From positions 174,631 to 238,630 of the forward strand of contig CBDCNM010000001.1 of NCBI GenBank assembly GCA_965219385.1: a stretch of DNA of 64,000 nucleotides. The letters are read 5' to 3'. The translations under genes and the position numbers were made by a program. The notes under the pieces were generated by a model. It was not told the origin of the DNA. It saw only the letters and a list, made by a program, of their open reading frames with translations, and ran no database searches. The stretch comes from Candidatus Latescibacterota bacterium (GTDB taxonomy: Bacteria > Latescibacterota > UBA2968 > UBA8231). This document shows, in pieces, positions 19,513 to 30,386 of the stretch (position 1 is its first letter; each line of letters opens with the position of its first letter).

Positions 19513-20310
19513 TCAAACCTCTGCGAAAAGGGATGGGAAAAACCGATGCGGATCGGCCGGCTCCGAAAAGAGAATCTGCTGGCGGGGTGTCAACTCCACT
19601 TTTGCCGGCGGTTGGACCCGCCTGGAAGACCAGGCCATGTGCGACACACAGTATTTATAGAGCAGGGTCCGTCGTTCGTGGGCGCCTTTCCAGGGGGCCG
19701 TGCCGTGCGTGAGAGACTCGGTGAACAGGATCGCGGAACCTGCGGGAGCGGACGGAATTACCACACAGGGCCACTGCTCGGGCGCATCGTAGATCTTCCG
19801 GGGCAGTTTGAAGTGGCTTTTATGGCTGCCGGGTATGCAGCAGAATCCACCGTAGTCCGGACCTGTGGGCGATAAATTCCACGCGACCACGGTGAACCCG
19901 TTGAGGATTTCGGTATCGCGAGGTTGGTAGTACTCCCCTGGCGCAACTATGGAGGTCACCCTACTTGCTCCGTAGTCTGAATGCAGGATTCCCGCTGGCA
20001 TGCCCGGTCGCATGTACATGCCGTAGAGGCGGTCCAAACGGAAGCAGTCTCCCAGCCTGAAGCGCAGGACCGGCATGATCCGGGGGTGATCCAGTAGATC
20101 GCAAAACGGTTTCCCCCACTCCAGAAACCCCGGCCCTTCCGGGGCTCCTCCGGCGGCACTGCCGAATCGTGGACCATCTACCGGCACGGGCAGATCTTGC
20201 TGGTCCATCAACTCATTGAGGGTTGCTACTCCCTCTGGGCTCAGGACATTTTCAATCACCAGATAGCCTTGTAAATCGAACAAGTACTGTTGTACCTCGA
20301 GGTCGTCCAT
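19513..20310 (-). CDS. PhyH family Fe(II)/2OG dioxygenase
   Basis: FDLQGYL, LHSD (HxD), IPGSHK, LTHGTAPW. Confidence 0.88.
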   Translation of the reverse strand: MDDLEVQQYLFDLQGYLVIENVLSPEGVATLNELMDQQDLPVPVDGPRFGSAAGGAPEGPGFLEWGKPFCDLLDHPRIMPVLRFRLGDCFRLDRLYGMYMRPGMPAGILHSDYGASRVTSIVAPGEYYQPRDTEILNGFTVVAWNLSPTGPDYGGFCCIPGSHKSHFKLPRKIYDAPEQWPCVVIPSAPAGSAILFTESLTHGTAPWKGAHERRTLLYKYCVSHMAWSSRRVQPPAKVELTPRQQILFSEPADPHRFFPSLFAEV

Positions 20311-20358
20311 AACGCCAGCCTTTTCGTATAGTTATGTATGTTCACGCGGTTTCGTTAA

Positions 20359-21369
20359 TCAGCTCGCCCCGACCGAGTCCAGGAGAGCTTTGATGTACCC
20401 CATGGCAAAAGCGCGGGAACGGTGCTGGTGGTGGTCGTCGTCGCTGAGGTGGGGCACGTGGTCTTCGATCAAAGGCACATCCACCCCGGCTTCACAATAA
20501 AGCCGCAGGGCCCGGGCCATGTCCACGTAGCCATCGTCGATAAAGGATTCGACGAAGGCGGGAACCGGTCCCGATACATTGCGGAAATGCACGTAGAAAA
20601 TCTTGCCCTGGCTGCCGAAGTAGCGGATGGCCTCGTACACGTCTTCGTCCATCTCCGCGATAGAGCCCTGGCAGAAGTCCAGACCGTGGTGGTCGCTGGG
20701 CACCAGCTCCAGCAGGCGGCGCAAATCCGCGTGACTGCTGGCCAGACGCGGCAGGCCGTGGATGGAGGGCACCGGCGGATCATCCGGGTGCAGCGCCAGC
20801 TTGACGCCCGCCTCTTCGGCCACGGGCAGCACCGCCTGCAAAAAGCCCTCGACATTTTCCAGCATCTGCGCCGCGCTCATCCCCGACCGGTCTCCGGCAT
20901 CGGGCCACGTGGCCCGGGCTTCAGCCGTGGGACCTTTCAGCAGGCCGCGGTCGTAGCGCGAGGTCCGGGCACCGCCGCGCGCCCGGACCTCCAGGTCCGT
21001 GCGCGTGCTGTAGCGTCCTGCCGAACCCTCCATAAGGCAATACCCCAGAACCGGGATACCGGCCCGGCCCATATGGCGCAGGGTATCCTGCCAGTCCTGG
21101 ATCTGCAAGTCCCGCTGCGCCCCCCCGTAAAATACCTCGCCGTACCAGGAAAAGGGCAGGTTTTCGACGGCGTGCAGCTGCAACCCGGCCGCCTCGACCT
21201 GCTCGCGGGCCCGCGCCAGTTCCCCGTACTCCAGGTGCGGCGGCCCAGAGGCGCTGCGGGCCCGCGCCAGAGCCGCGCCCCCGGCTATTGCGTGGGTGGC
21301 ACCCAGCTGCCGGCCGAAGCGCAGCAACTCGTCGCTGATTGAGCCGCGACAATCCAGTCCCAGTCGCAT
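20359..21369 (-). CDS. uxuA: Mannonate dehydratase family protein
   Basis: LALHPDDPP, DFCQG, YVHFRNV, DHVP, AFAMGYIKAL. Confidence 0.85.
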   Translation of the reverse strand: MRLGLDCRGSISDELLRFGRQLGATHAIAGGAALARARSASGPPHLEYGELARAREQVEAAGLQLHAVENLPFSWYGEVFYGGAQRDLQIQDWQDTLRHMGRAGIPVLGYCLMEGSAGRYSTRTDLEVRARGGARTSRYDRGLLKGPTAEARATWPDAGDRSGMSAAQMLENVEGFLQAVLPVAEEAGVKLALHPDDPPVPSIHGLPRLASSHADLRRLLELVPSDHHGLDFCQGSIAEMDEDVYEAIRYFGSQGKIFYVHFRNVSGPVPAFVESFIDDGYVDMARALRLYCEAGVDVPLIEDHVPHLSDDDHHQHRSRAFAMGYIKALLDSVGAS

Positions 21370-21402
21370 GGAATATTTTCCCTCCAACAGGTTTCTACCA
21401 GA

Positions 21403-23313
21403 TCAATCCCACCCGCGCAACACCCTTACATCCCCGCGGCGCTCCGTAAACCCCTGACCGTCGAAAAGACTCAACAGGGCCAGGGCATAGCGGCGGTTGC
21501 TGCCGATCAGGTCGCGGAACGCCGCCACCGTAATCTGGCCGCTGTGTTCCAGTTCCTCCCGCAGGCGCTCCCGCACGGCTTCCACGGTGTGCGCCGGCAG
21601 GAAAAGCCCGCCTTCCAGCGGCACCACCGCGCCCACGTCCTGAAGGGCCTGCAGCATGGCATCTATCCGCTTTTTTTTAACCTGGAGGCGCCGTGCCAGT
21701 TCCTCGGCATCCGGCATATCCGCAAAATCCGCCTCGTTCAGGGCTGTTTCGAGCTGCCCCCTGATGTTCTCATCGTCGGCACTGAAGCGGATGCTGTGGC
21801 CGTCAGAGCGCACAGTAGCCCCCTCCATGGCGATCCGCCCCTCCTTTTCCAGCCCCTGCAGCAGGTGGTTGTAGAGGGCAGTCTCCAGCCCCCGGGCACA
21901 GCGGTTTTTCAATTCCTCTCGGTTTAGCCCTGGCCTCAAGGGGAACTCGGCGTGGTAGCGCTCCAGGCCGTCCTGGATGCGACGGCCCGTATCGTCCCAG
22001 AGGGTGCGGTGGACCGCGTAGAGCCGGTTATCGCGTCGTCTGACCAGGACCGCCTGGTCGGCGGCCTCCAGCCGCTTAAGCCCGGCTTCGGTGCGCTCCA
22101 GACTCAACCCCAGCTCCCCGGCCAGGTCCACCGCGGCTTGCAAACCGGCCCTCCCGCCCAGCAGCTTGGGGCCCAGGACCTCTTCTGCCCGCTCCTGGTC
22201 GAGCCGCTGCAAGCGCTCGATACAACCCGCATCCGATCGCCTGTGTTTTACGGGGTGCGAATCCAGGACGCGACCGCCCCCTATGGTCAGGGGCGGCGAG
22301 TAGCGCCGGATCACGTAGCGATCCCCCCACACCGCCACCGTCGGGTTCTCCAGCCGGAACTGCACCATGGCCGACGCGCCCGGCTCCAGGACCTCCCGGT
22401 CCAGCAGGTGCACCCGGCCCAGGACCTCGCAGGTGCCGATGTGCAGACGGACCCGGGCCCGGTGGACCAGGGGTTTGGGGCTGGAGGGCAGCAGGTCCAG
22501 CCGGGCGTCCAGCATATGAGACGGCCGCAAATACCCGGGACTGCTCAGCACATCGCCGCGTTCGATCTGATCCACCTCGACCCCAGGCAGGTTCAAGGCG
22601 GCCCTGTCCCCGACGCTGATGGTCCGAACCGTCTGCCCGTGCCTTTGCAGACCGCGCACCCGCAAGGAGCGCCCGGCCGGCTGCACCTCTACCGCGTCCC
22701 CTTCCTCCAGACGGCCCGCCAGCACCGTGCCGGTGCTCACCAGGCCGAATCCCTTGACCAGGAAGGTGCGGTCCACGGGGAGGCGGAAGGGGCCCTGCTC
22801 GACTTTTTCTTGGGTGGCCGCGATCATCTCGGTCAGGAGCTGCTTGAGCTCTTCGATCCCCGTCCCGACCAGCGAGGAGACCCGCACGATCGGTGCCCCC
22901 TCCAGGAAACTGCCCTCGACCAGTTCCCTGATCTCCTCCTCCACCAGCTCCAGCCATTCCTCCTCCACCAGGTCGACCTTGTTCAGCACGACGATACCAC
23001 GCGCTACCCCCAGGAGCTTGAGGACGTCCACGTGCTCGCGCGACTGGGGCATGACCCCGTCGTCGGCAGCGATCACCAAAAGCGCCAGATCGATGGTGCT
23101 GACCCCGGCGACCATGGTCTTGACAAAACGCTCGTGGCCCGGCACGTCGATGATGGTGGCCTGGTCCCCGAAAAAGGCAAAACCCAGCTCGATGGTGATG
23201 CCCCGTTCCTTTTCCTGGGGCGCCCGATCCGTATCCGTCCCGGTGAGGCCCTGCACCAGCAATGTCTTGCCGTGGTCGATGTGACCGGCGGTTCCTATAA
23301 CCGTATGTGCCAT
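21403..23313 (-). CDS. selB: Selenocysteine-specific elongation factor
   Basis: GTAGHIDHGKT, RGITIELGF, C-terminal winged-helix domains; adjacent to selA. Confidence 0.96.
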   Translation of the reverse strand: MAHTVIGTAGHIDHGKTLLVQGLTGTDTDRAPQEKERGITIELGFAFFGDQATIIDVPGHERFVKTMVAGVSTIDLALLVIAADDGVMPQSREHVDVLKLLGVARGIVVLNKVDLVEEEWLELVEEEIRELVEGSFLEGAPIVRVSSLVGTGIEELKQLLTEMIAATQEKVEQGPFRLPVDRTFLVKGFGLVSTGTVLAGRLEEGDAVEVQPAGRSLRVRGLQRHGQTVRTISVGDRAALNLPGVEVDQIERGDVLSSPGYLRPSHMLDARLDLLPSSPKPLVHRARVRLHIGTCEVLGRVHLLDREVLEPGASAMVQFRLENPTVAVWGDRYVIRRYSPPLTIGGGRVLDSHPVKHRRSDAGCIERLQRLDQERAEEVLGPKLLGGRAGLQAAVDLAGELGLSLERTEAGLKRLEAADQAVLVRRRDNRLYAVHRTLWDDTGRRIQDGLERYHAEFPLRPGLNREELKNRCARGLETALYNHLLQGLEKEGRIAMEGATVRSDGHSIRFSADDENIRGQLETALNEADFADMPDAEELARRLQVKKKRIDAMLQALQDVGAVVPLEGGLFLPAHTVEAVRERLREELEHSGQITVAAFRDLIGSNRRYALALLSLFDGQGFTERRGDVRVLRGWD

Positions 23314-23389
23314 GTGGTTTTCAAAAAACTCCTGCGCTTTTTGCCTGGAACCAAGTCGACGAGTTGATTATAACCCCGATCAAACCCGG

Positions 23390-24796
23390 TCAGGCCCAGG
23401 ACTCGGCGGTTCGGTTCAACGCCTCGGCCAGGGGCGCTGCTTCGTCGTCCCGCACGGTGCGCATGTCCAGCAAGAGCCGTTCCTGGTTGATCCGCCCCAC
23501 TACGGATGGGTTCCCCAGGCGCAAGCGCCGGGCCAGTTCTTCGGCGCGGCCTCCACGCGGCTCCAGCCCCAGGGCCCGGCTGGCAAATTCCTCCAGCGGC
23601 AAGGTGCCGCTGCCGGCCTGGGCCCGGCTGTCCACCAGAGAGGGACACAAACGCTCCCGCGCCGGATCCGACAGGGCTTCAAGCACGATCCGGGCCCGCT
23701 GTTCCAGATCCTGCAGGGGCGCGGTCATCATGCGCAGCACCGGGTGCGCCCCCTGCAACCTGGCCGGGCTCAGGCGGTAGAGCCGCAGGCAGGCTTCCAG
23801 GGCGGCCAGGATCAGTTTGTCGCACCTGAGGGTGCGCATCAGCGGGTTGGCCGCGATGGGCTCGAGGTATTTCCTCTGGCCGGCGATGATACCGGCCTGG
23901 GGGCCGCCCAGGATCTTGTCGCCGCTGAAGCTCACCAGGTCGACCCCCACCCGCAGGACTTGATCCACCACCGGCTCCCGCGGCAGCCCCCACCCTGCCA
24001 GGTCCGCCAGCACCCCGCCCCCCAGATCGTAGACCAGGGGCAGGTCCGCCTTGCGGCTCAACTCCACCAGTTCCTCCAGGTCGGGCCGGGCAGTAAACCC
24101 CTGGACCCGGTAATTGCTCGGATGGACCACCAGGATCAGGGCCGTATCAGGGGCGAGGGCTTCCTGGTAATCCCGCAGGTGGGTGCGATTGGTCGTCCCC
24201 ACTTCGCGGATCGAGGCGCCGCTGGCGGCGATGATATCGGGCATGCGGAACGAACCGCCGATCTCGACCAGTTCCCCGCGCGAGACAATGACCTGGCGGT
24301 TGCGGGCCAGGGTGTTGAGCATCAGCAGGACGGCTGCCGCATTGTTGTTGACCACGGTGGCCGCCTCGGCCCGGGCGGCCTGGCAGATGAGGTCCTCGAC
24401 GTGGCCGCTGCGGGACCCCCGCTGGCCGCTGGCCAGGTCGAGTTCCAGATTGCAGTAGTGGGCCGCCGCTTCCCGCACCGCCTCCAGGGCCGCTGCGGGA
24501 AGCGGCGCCCTGCCAAGGCCGGTGTGAAGGATGACCCCCGTGGCGTTTATCACCCGCCTGAGACGGGTGCCCTCGTCGCGCTCGACCGCGGCGGCCAGTT
24601 GCCGCTCGACCCAGCGCAAGGCGGATTCCCGCGTGGGTTCGCCTTCCAGCAAATCCGGCTGGTCCCGCAGCCGTTGCACTACCCGGCGAACCAGCTCGGC
24701 GATATAGTCGCGCCGGTAGCGTTTCAGAAACGCGGCGGTGGAATCCAGCTGCAAGACCTGTTCCACAGAGGGCAGGGCTTTGTACACGCTGCTCAT
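23390..24796 (-). CDS. selA: L-seryl-tRNA(Sec) selenium transferase
   Basis: VINATGVILHTGLGRAP, ELVEIGGSFR, FSGDKILGGPQAG. Confidence 0.96.
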   Translation of the reverse strand: MSSVYKALPSVEQVLQLDSTAAFLKRYRRDYIAELVRRVVQRLRDQPDLLEGEPTRESALRWVERQLAAAVERDEGTRLRRVINATGVILHTGLGRAPLPAAALEAVREAAAHYCNLELDLASGQRGSRSGHVEDLICQAARAEAATVVNNNAAAVLLMLNTLARNRQVIVSRGELVEIGGSFRMPDIIAASGASIREVGTTNRTHLRDYQEALAPDTALILVVHPSNYRVQGFTARPDLEELVELSRKADLPLVYDLGGGVLADLAGWGLPREPVVDQVLRVGVDLVSFSGDKILGGPQAGIIAGQRKYLEPIAANPLMRTLRCDKLILAALEACLRLYRLSPARLQGAHPVLRMMTAPLQDLEQRARIVLEALSDPARERLCPSLVDSRAQAGSGTLPLEEFASRALGLEPRGGRAEELARRLRLGNPSVVGRINQERLLLDMRTVRDDEAAPLAEALNRTAESWA

Positions 24797-25182
24797 AGGC
24801 AAGTTATAGGTAGTCGCTATCCTCTGCCCCTGGCACCTCGTAAATCCAGCCGCATTCAGGACATAACGGCGTCCCGGAAACCCTGGACGCATGGCACTGG
24901 GGACAGCGCTCTCCCCCGAAGCGCAGGTACTTCAACACGACTATGAGTATAATAAAACCAGCGAAAAAAAACGCCCAGATCATGAGACGAAGAGACGGGG
25001 AAAAGCCGAGTTTCAGCTTGCCGCCGCAGTGGGATGAAGAGCCAATAGCTCAGACTTATAAATTCGCCTATCTCCTGGGAAAAAAACGAGATATGCAGTA
25101 CCCTTATAATAGGCCCATTTCAGGAGAACACAAGCTCTTTTGCCACGGCGAGAAGGACCGGGCGGCGGGTATTGATGGGGGC

Positions 25183-26037
25183 TTATCTGGAACGAGTGGA
25201 TGAGCGCAATTTTTTCAGCTGCCGCCGCCGACCCCATCGACTTTTTTTGCTGCGCTGTCGGCGCCCCAAGGGTGGACGGATATGTCCTTCCTGCTCCAAT
25301 TCCTCGAACACCTGATTCAGGCGGTCCGGGTAGTTGGTGATAATACCCTGGATCCCCATGAGCACCATGTCCCGCATGATGATCTCTTCGTTCACCGTCC
25401 ACGTCCACACCCCAATAGCGCGCTTGCGCATTTCTTCAAAGAAGGCAGGGGTCAGGGTAGCATGCCAGATGGTCAGGGCATTGGCTCCTACCTGGAGAAT
25501 CTGCTTGACCAGGCTTCGGGCCCGTACCCGGGAAGGGCTGGTCGGCAAGTTGCCGACCAGCAAGGCTGTGGGCACGGATGGGTTGAGCAACTTGATGCGC
25601 TGCACGGTCTGGGGATTAAAGGACTGGATGATGGCCTGATTCCCGGCTCCCATATCCTCGATGATACCGAGCAGGCGTTCCGAAATACAATCCGCCTTGA
25701 CCTCGATCAGCGCCAGGGCGCGGTGGCGGGCCAGATCCAGGACCTCCCCCAGGAGGGGCACCCGCTCGCCCCGGTAGCTTTTATCAAACCAGGAGCCGGC
25801 ATCGGCCTGGCGCACCTGGGCCAGGGTTTGCTCGCGCACCAGTCCTTGCCTGTCGGTGGTGCGATCCAGGCTGGCATCGTGCAGCACCACAAGCTCTCCA
25901 TCCCGGGTGGCGTGAACATCCAGTTCCACAACGTCTACCCCGATCTGGATGGCCTTTTCAAAGGCGGCCAGGGTATTCTCGGGCGCCAGGCCCTCTCCAG
26001 ATGCGCCGCGGTGGGCAATGCGCACAGGGGGGATCAC
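25183..26037 (-). CDS. Glycerophosphodiester phosphodiesterase
   Basis: IAHRG, PENTL, ELDVH, ITNYP. Confidence 0.92.
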   Translation of the reverse strand: MIPPVRIAHRGASGEGLAPENTLAAFEKAIQIGVDVVELDVHATRDGELVVLHDASLDRTTDRQGLVREQTLAQVRQADAGSWFDKSYRGERVPLLGEVLDLARHRALALIEVKADCISERLLGIIEDMGAGNQAIIQSFNPQTVQRIKLLNPSVPTALLVGNLPTSPSRVRARSLVKQILQVGANALTIWHATLTPAFFEEMRKRAIGVWTWTVNEEIIMRDMVLMGIQGIITNYPDRLNQVFEELEQEGHIRPPLGRRQRSKKSRWGRRRQLKKLRSSTRSR

Positions 26038-26050
26038 GGGCGCGCGCTCA

Positions 26051-27259
26051 TCAGGCCCCGAATTTGTCGAGGCGGCCGGCGTGGGCCATGGCCAGGGTCA
26101 TCAAAGCAGTCGAGGGGATGGTGCCAATGCAACCACCCCGGCAACCCCGTTCGGAGAAATTCGAAGTCGCATCCGGGATGTCCCAGGCACTGGAGAGCAC
26201 AACGGGAACCGGATGCCAGCTGTGGCCCCCCATGCTCGAAGGCGTCGAGTGATCTCCGGTGACGATCAGGACGTCCGGTTGCAGTTGCTGGAAGCGGGGA
26301 ACGAATTCGTCGATTTCTTCCAGCATCCCTACCTTGCGGTCAAAATCGCCATCCTCCCCGGCGCTATCGGTCCTTTTGATGTGCAGATAGCCCATCTCGT
26401 ACGCGGCAAAGTACTCCTCCAGAACCTGGAATTCGGCCTCGATTTCTCCCGCGCAGGCCGCAGTATCCATGCCCACGGCGGCCGCCACCCCACGGTACAT
26501 AGGGTACCCGGCAATCCCCAGGGCTTTGAGACCATATACATCGGCAACCTGGGGCAGTATGGGATAGCCGCCGAATCCCCTGATCAACACCATATTGGCC
26601 GGACTCTCGTTTGCCAGCAAGTCCCTTGCCTGTTCCAGGAAGGCATCGGCCACCTCGACCATGTGTTCGGCTTCGCGCCCTCGCGCCTGCAGCGCCCGGG
26701 GCAAAACCCCGATAGTCTGGGGGTCCGAGTCCGTCACCTGGCCTACCAGCCCCTGCCCCCTGAAGACCACGGTAGCCCGGTACTCCATTTCCGGAGTCAC
26801 TACGATTTCCACCCCGGGGATGTGGATCTGGGCCAGGATTTCACACAGTTCGGCGCATTGTTGCGTGGGAATGCGGCCGGCCCTCCGGTCCAGGACCACG
26901 CCATCCCCATCGAGGGTGCAAAAATTGAGCCGTGCGGCCACGTCACCGACCCTGAAGTCCAGGCTCAGGCCCAGGGCTGAGAGGGCGCCCCGGCCGATTT
27001 CGTAGCGCCAGGGATCATAGCCGAAAAGAGCCAGGTGGGCCGGACCGCTCCCCGGGGTGAGCCCCGGCCCCAGCGGTGAGAGCAATCCACAGCTGCTGGA
27101 AGTGGCCAGGGCATCCAGCTGGGGTAGATGGGCGGTCTCCAGCTCGGTATAGCCGGTCTCGGGATGCGGCAACCCCCCCAGGCCGTCTATGGTCACGAGC
27201 AGGATCTTGGTCTGGCGTCCCCGGATAAAGAGATTTCTGGTAAATTCTGAACTGATCAT
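26051..27259 (-). CDS. apgM: Cofactor-independent phosphoglycerate mutase (ApgM type)
   Basis: IDGLGG, PGSGPAHLALFGYDP, GDHSTP, HSWHPVP. Confidence 0.9.
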   Translation of the reverse strand: MISSEFTRNLFIRGRQTKILLVTIDGLGGLPHPETGYTELETAHLPQLDALATSSSCGLLSPLGPGLTPGSGPAHLALFGYDPWRYEIGRGALSALGLSLDFRVGDVAARLNFCTLDGDGVVLDRRAGRIPTQQCAELCEILAQIHIPGVEIVVTPEMEYRATVVFRGQGLVGQVTDSDPQTIGVLPRALQARGREAEHMVEVADAFLEQARDLLANESPANMVLIRGFGGYPILPQVADVYGLKALGIAGYPMYRGVAAAVGMDTAACAGEIEAEFQVLEEYFAAYEMGYLHIKRTDSAGEDGDFDRKVGMLEEIDEFVPRFQQLQPDVLIVTGDHSTPSSMGGHSWHPVPVVLSSAWDIPDATSNFSERGCRGGCIGTIPSTALMTLAMAHAGRLDKFGA

Positions 27260-27269
27260 TCCGGCCCTT

Positions 27270-28946
27270 TTAGCACTCTTCCGCGTACATATCCTTTAAA
27301 ATCAGCTGGACCGACCCGCTGCCGGCAAATCTGTCTTCTTCCAGGGCGAAGGCCGTGGAAAGGTATTGTCCGGGGTGCACTTCTTCCGCCACTTCGCCCT
27401 GATTCCACCACACCGCCTGGCAACAGCGCCCGCCAATATTCAGTTCCATTTTGAAGTGATTCCCGCCGCGCCCCATCCGACCACAGGAAACCACCTGGCA
27501 ATGTTCGGCGACAAATACCGGAACCTCGTGCCCCTGTCCAAAGGGCTTGAGCCGGGTCAATGCCTCCAGGGTCCGGGTACCGATATCCTGGGGCCGAAGC
27601 ACCATATCGACCCGCAGTCGAGGCTCCAGGTCCGCGGCGGAAATATGCGCGTTGGCATGGTCGATGAGCGCCGCCCGAAAGGCTTCGAAGGCTTCGGCCT
27701 TCATGGAGAAGCCGGCGGCCCCTGGATGGCCCCCGTAAGTGCTCAGATACTCGGCGCAGGTACTGATCCCGGCGCTGATATCATAGGGGGGAATGCTGCG
27801 GGCGGACCCCGTATAGGTGCCATCGCCCCGCGCCTCGGTACACACCACGGTCGGACGGTGGTACTTGGTTGCCAACCTGCCGGCCAGCAGTCCGATGATG
27901 CCCAGGTGCCAGGTTTCCCCCAGGAGAATGATGATTCGATCGGTCTCCAGATCATCGGGACCGACCAGGCTTTCCGCCTCCTGCAGACCTTCGCGCTGTA
28001 GTTTCTGCCGGCGGCCATTGAGCGCATTGAGCTGGGAGGCCAGAGCCGCGGCCCGAGTAGAATCGCTTGCGGTCAATAGCTCCAGGGCCAGATCCGCCGA
28101 GGCCAGACGACCGGCCACATTGAGTCGCGGCCCCAGATAAAATCCCACGGCCGTGGTGTCGAGGGATTTATCCGCGTACCCGGCGACTTCTTTGAGCTGG
28201 CGCAGGCCGGGCCGCTGGGTTTTTTCCAGTATTTCGAGGCCGCGCTGGATAAACACCCTGTTTTCATCCAGAACCGGCACCATGTCCGCGACCGTCCCCA
28301 GGGCCACCAGATCGAGCAGGCAATTCAGGTAGCGGCGCCTCTCCTGGCCGCTCATAAAGTCCTGGCTGAGGGCCTGAACCATCTTGAAGGTTACTCCTAC
28401 GCCGGCCAGGCCTTTGAATGGATAGGAGCAATCGCGCCTGTTGGGGTTGATAATGCTGTGAGCCGGTGGCAGGACATCGTGCTGCTGATGGTGATCCAGG
28501 ACCACGGTATCGAGGTCGTGGCCGCGGGCCACCTCCAGGGCTTCGAAGGCCGCTATACCGTTGTCCACAGTGACGATCAGATCGGCGTTTTTTTTCAGCG
28601 CCCGGCGCACGGCTGGGGGGTTTATGCCGTAGCCGTCCACATGGCGATCCGGCAACAGGAAGTCACAGGAAGCGCCAACCCAATGCAGAAAATCCATCAG
28701 CAGGGCCGTGCTGGTGACTCCATCGACATCGTAATCGCCAAAAATGAGGATCTTCTCACCCTGGCGGATGGCTCGCTGAATGCGCTCCGCCCCGCGCTCC
28801 AGATCGGTGAGCAGTTCGGGCGGATGCAGGCGCTCGGGGCCGACCTCCAGATCTTGCGGATCCAGCGAACGGCCGGCCAGCAAAGCATCCACCAGCGATT
28901 CAAATTCGCCCTGATAGAGAATATCCCAGACGGGATAAATGCGCAT
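27270..28946 (-). CDS. recJ: ssDNA exonuclease RecJ
   Basis: GDYDVDG, TVDNG, DHH, GSARS, GGHPGAAG. Confidence 0.95.
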   Translation of the reverse strand: MRIYPVWDILYQGEFESLVDALLAGRSLDPQDLEVGPERLHPPELLTDLERGAERIQRAIRQGEKILIFGDYDVDGVTSTALLMDFLHWVGASCDFLLPDRHVDGYGINPPAVRRALKKNADLIVTVDNGIAAFEALEVARGHDLDTVVLDHHQQHDVLPPAHSIINPNRRDCSYPFKGLAGVGVTFKMVQALSQDFMSGQERRRYLNCLLDLVALGTVADMVPVLDENRVFIQRGLEILEKTQRPGLRQLKEVAGYADKSLDTTAVGFYLGPRLNVAGRLASADLALELLTASDSTRAAALASQLNALNGRRQKLQREGLQEAESLVGPDDLETDRIIILLGETWHLGIIGLLAGRLATKYHRPTVVCTEARGDGTYTGSARSIPPYDISAGISTCAEYLSTYGGHPGAAGFSMKAEAFEAFRAALIDHANAHISAADLEPRLRVDMVLRPQDIGTRTLEALTRLKPFGQGHEVPVFVAEHCQVVSCGRMGRGGNHFKMELNIGGRCCQAVWWNQGEVAEEVHPGQYLSTAFALEEDRFAGSGSVQLILKDMYAEEC

Positions 28947-29126
28947 GGGATTCTTGGATATCGTCGTGGAGAGACGGAAAGATGCCCGAGACCGTGAGAA
29001 TCCAGCCCCTCGATTGCTGAATATACACCCCATGGCGAATCATCGTCAAGCCCCTGGGAATTGTTCTTGCTTTGCCCCAGGAGTTTTTTACATTAAAGTT
29101 TATATTGAATTTCCCAGGAGTCATCC

Positions 29127-30377
29127 ATGTCCAGATTGTGCTGTGCGTTGTTCGGGCTTGGGGTTTGGACCCTCCAGCCCATTTTCGCCGGCGAGAACGC
29201 CGGGGTCGAAATAGACGCTCTCAAAATCAGTGCCCCCTGCGACCGGACCGCCGGCGACTTGGTCGAATTTTCGGTCAGCGCGCGCCACATGAGCAATGTC
29301 CGCCAGGTCCAGATCAGCTTCAGCTGGCAACCCGCGGATGCCATCGTCGAAGTCGCAGCCGAAGCGGGCAGGATTCCCATAGAGCAGAAGCTCAAGACCC
29401 CCTTTCCCCCGCAAATCTATGGAAACCAGGTCGAATACGGCATGGGCACTTTAGGGGATGGCGCTGAGGGCATGGAAGGTGAGGCCTTACTCGCCACCTT
29501 CGGCTTTAAACTGGCCCCGCATATCACGCCGGACACCCGGGTCGATATCTGGGTTGATGAGGTTTCCCTGGGCCCCAACTTTAGCCAACACGACATCATT
29601 CGCCCACTCCAGGGTGTGATTCTCGCCAACTACTGCGATGACGATCAGCAGCTCCTGGAGCGCACCCTCTTCGTCGTCCCCGAACAGGCGGACACCTCCT
29701 TTTCCCCGGCCCCTTTAGCACAGGTCGAGGACCAGAGCGCTGGCGAGACCCTGTTCAGAGCCAGGTTCCTCGAACAGGGCTTCTTTGCCGCTGACCAGGT
29801 GTTCACCTGGACCATCGAAAACCAGGGACAATCCCCGGTCTACATGCTCGGCGAGCAGGTCATAATGGTGGAACCGGGAACCTCCGGCCAGGGAGCCTCC
29901 ACGAGCGACCAGCGCGGGGACGCCTTTTTCCTCGTGGATGCGGAACTCGGCCCCGATCTGGAAGCGGTGGGGATGGCCACGGTGACGGCCTGTGTCGAGT
30001 CGGAGGGAGAATCGATCTGCGCTTCCTCCCTCATTACCTGGTGGGGGGACCCGCCTACCGCAATCCAGGACGAAACAGACCCGTTTCTGCCCACCCGGTT
30101 GCGGCTCGGGCAAAACTACCCCAACCCTTTCAACGCCGCTACCATCCTTCCATTTTCGGTTCCGCAAAAACCTGGGGGGGAGCTGCGGCTGGAGATCTTG
30201 AATGCAGCCGGCCAGGTTGTCACCACGTTGCTGAATGGCCACCTGGAACCCGGCCAGCACCAGGCCCGTTGGGACGGACGCGACGAGCACGGCCACCCCC
30301 TTGCGAGCGGACTCTACTTTTACAGAGTCCGTCTGGACGCCGAGGATTTGGCGCGGCCGATGGTCCTGTTGCGCTAA
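29127..30377 (+). CDS. Secreted protein with cohesin-like N-terminus and C-terminal FlgD-Ig (sorting) domain
   Basis: Signal peptide; LGQNYPNPFN...WDGRD...ASGLYFY. Confidence 0.8.
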   Translation: MSRLCCALFGLGVWTLQPIFAGENAGVEIDALKISAPCDRTAGDLVEFSVSARHMSNVRQVQISFSWQPADAIVEVAAEAGRIPIEQKLKTPFPPQIYGNQVEYGMGTLGDGAEGMEGEALLATFGFKLAPHITPDTRVDIWVDEVSLGPNFSQHDIIRPLQGVILANYCDDDQQLLERTLFVVPEQADTSFSPAPLAQVEDQSAGETLFRARFLEQGFFAADQVFTWTIENQGQSPVYMLGEQVIMVEPGTSGQGASTSDQRGDAFFLVDAELGPDLEAVGMATVTACVESEGESICASSLITWWGDPPTAIQDETDPFLPTRLRLGQNYPNPFNAATILPFSVPQKPGGELRLEILNAAGQVVTTLLNGHLEPGQHQARWDGRDEHGHPLASGLYFYRVRLDAEDLARPMVLLR

Positions 30378-30386
30378 GTCCTTTCG

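Noticed and set aside
21403..25180. tRNA-Sec (selC), selD or UGA-recoded selenoproteins near selAB
   Set aside because: No tRNA cloverleaf or selD seen. The broken ORFs in the window are explained by frameshifts or ISs rather than in-frame UGA; for example, the TGA at 5089 needs a frame change.
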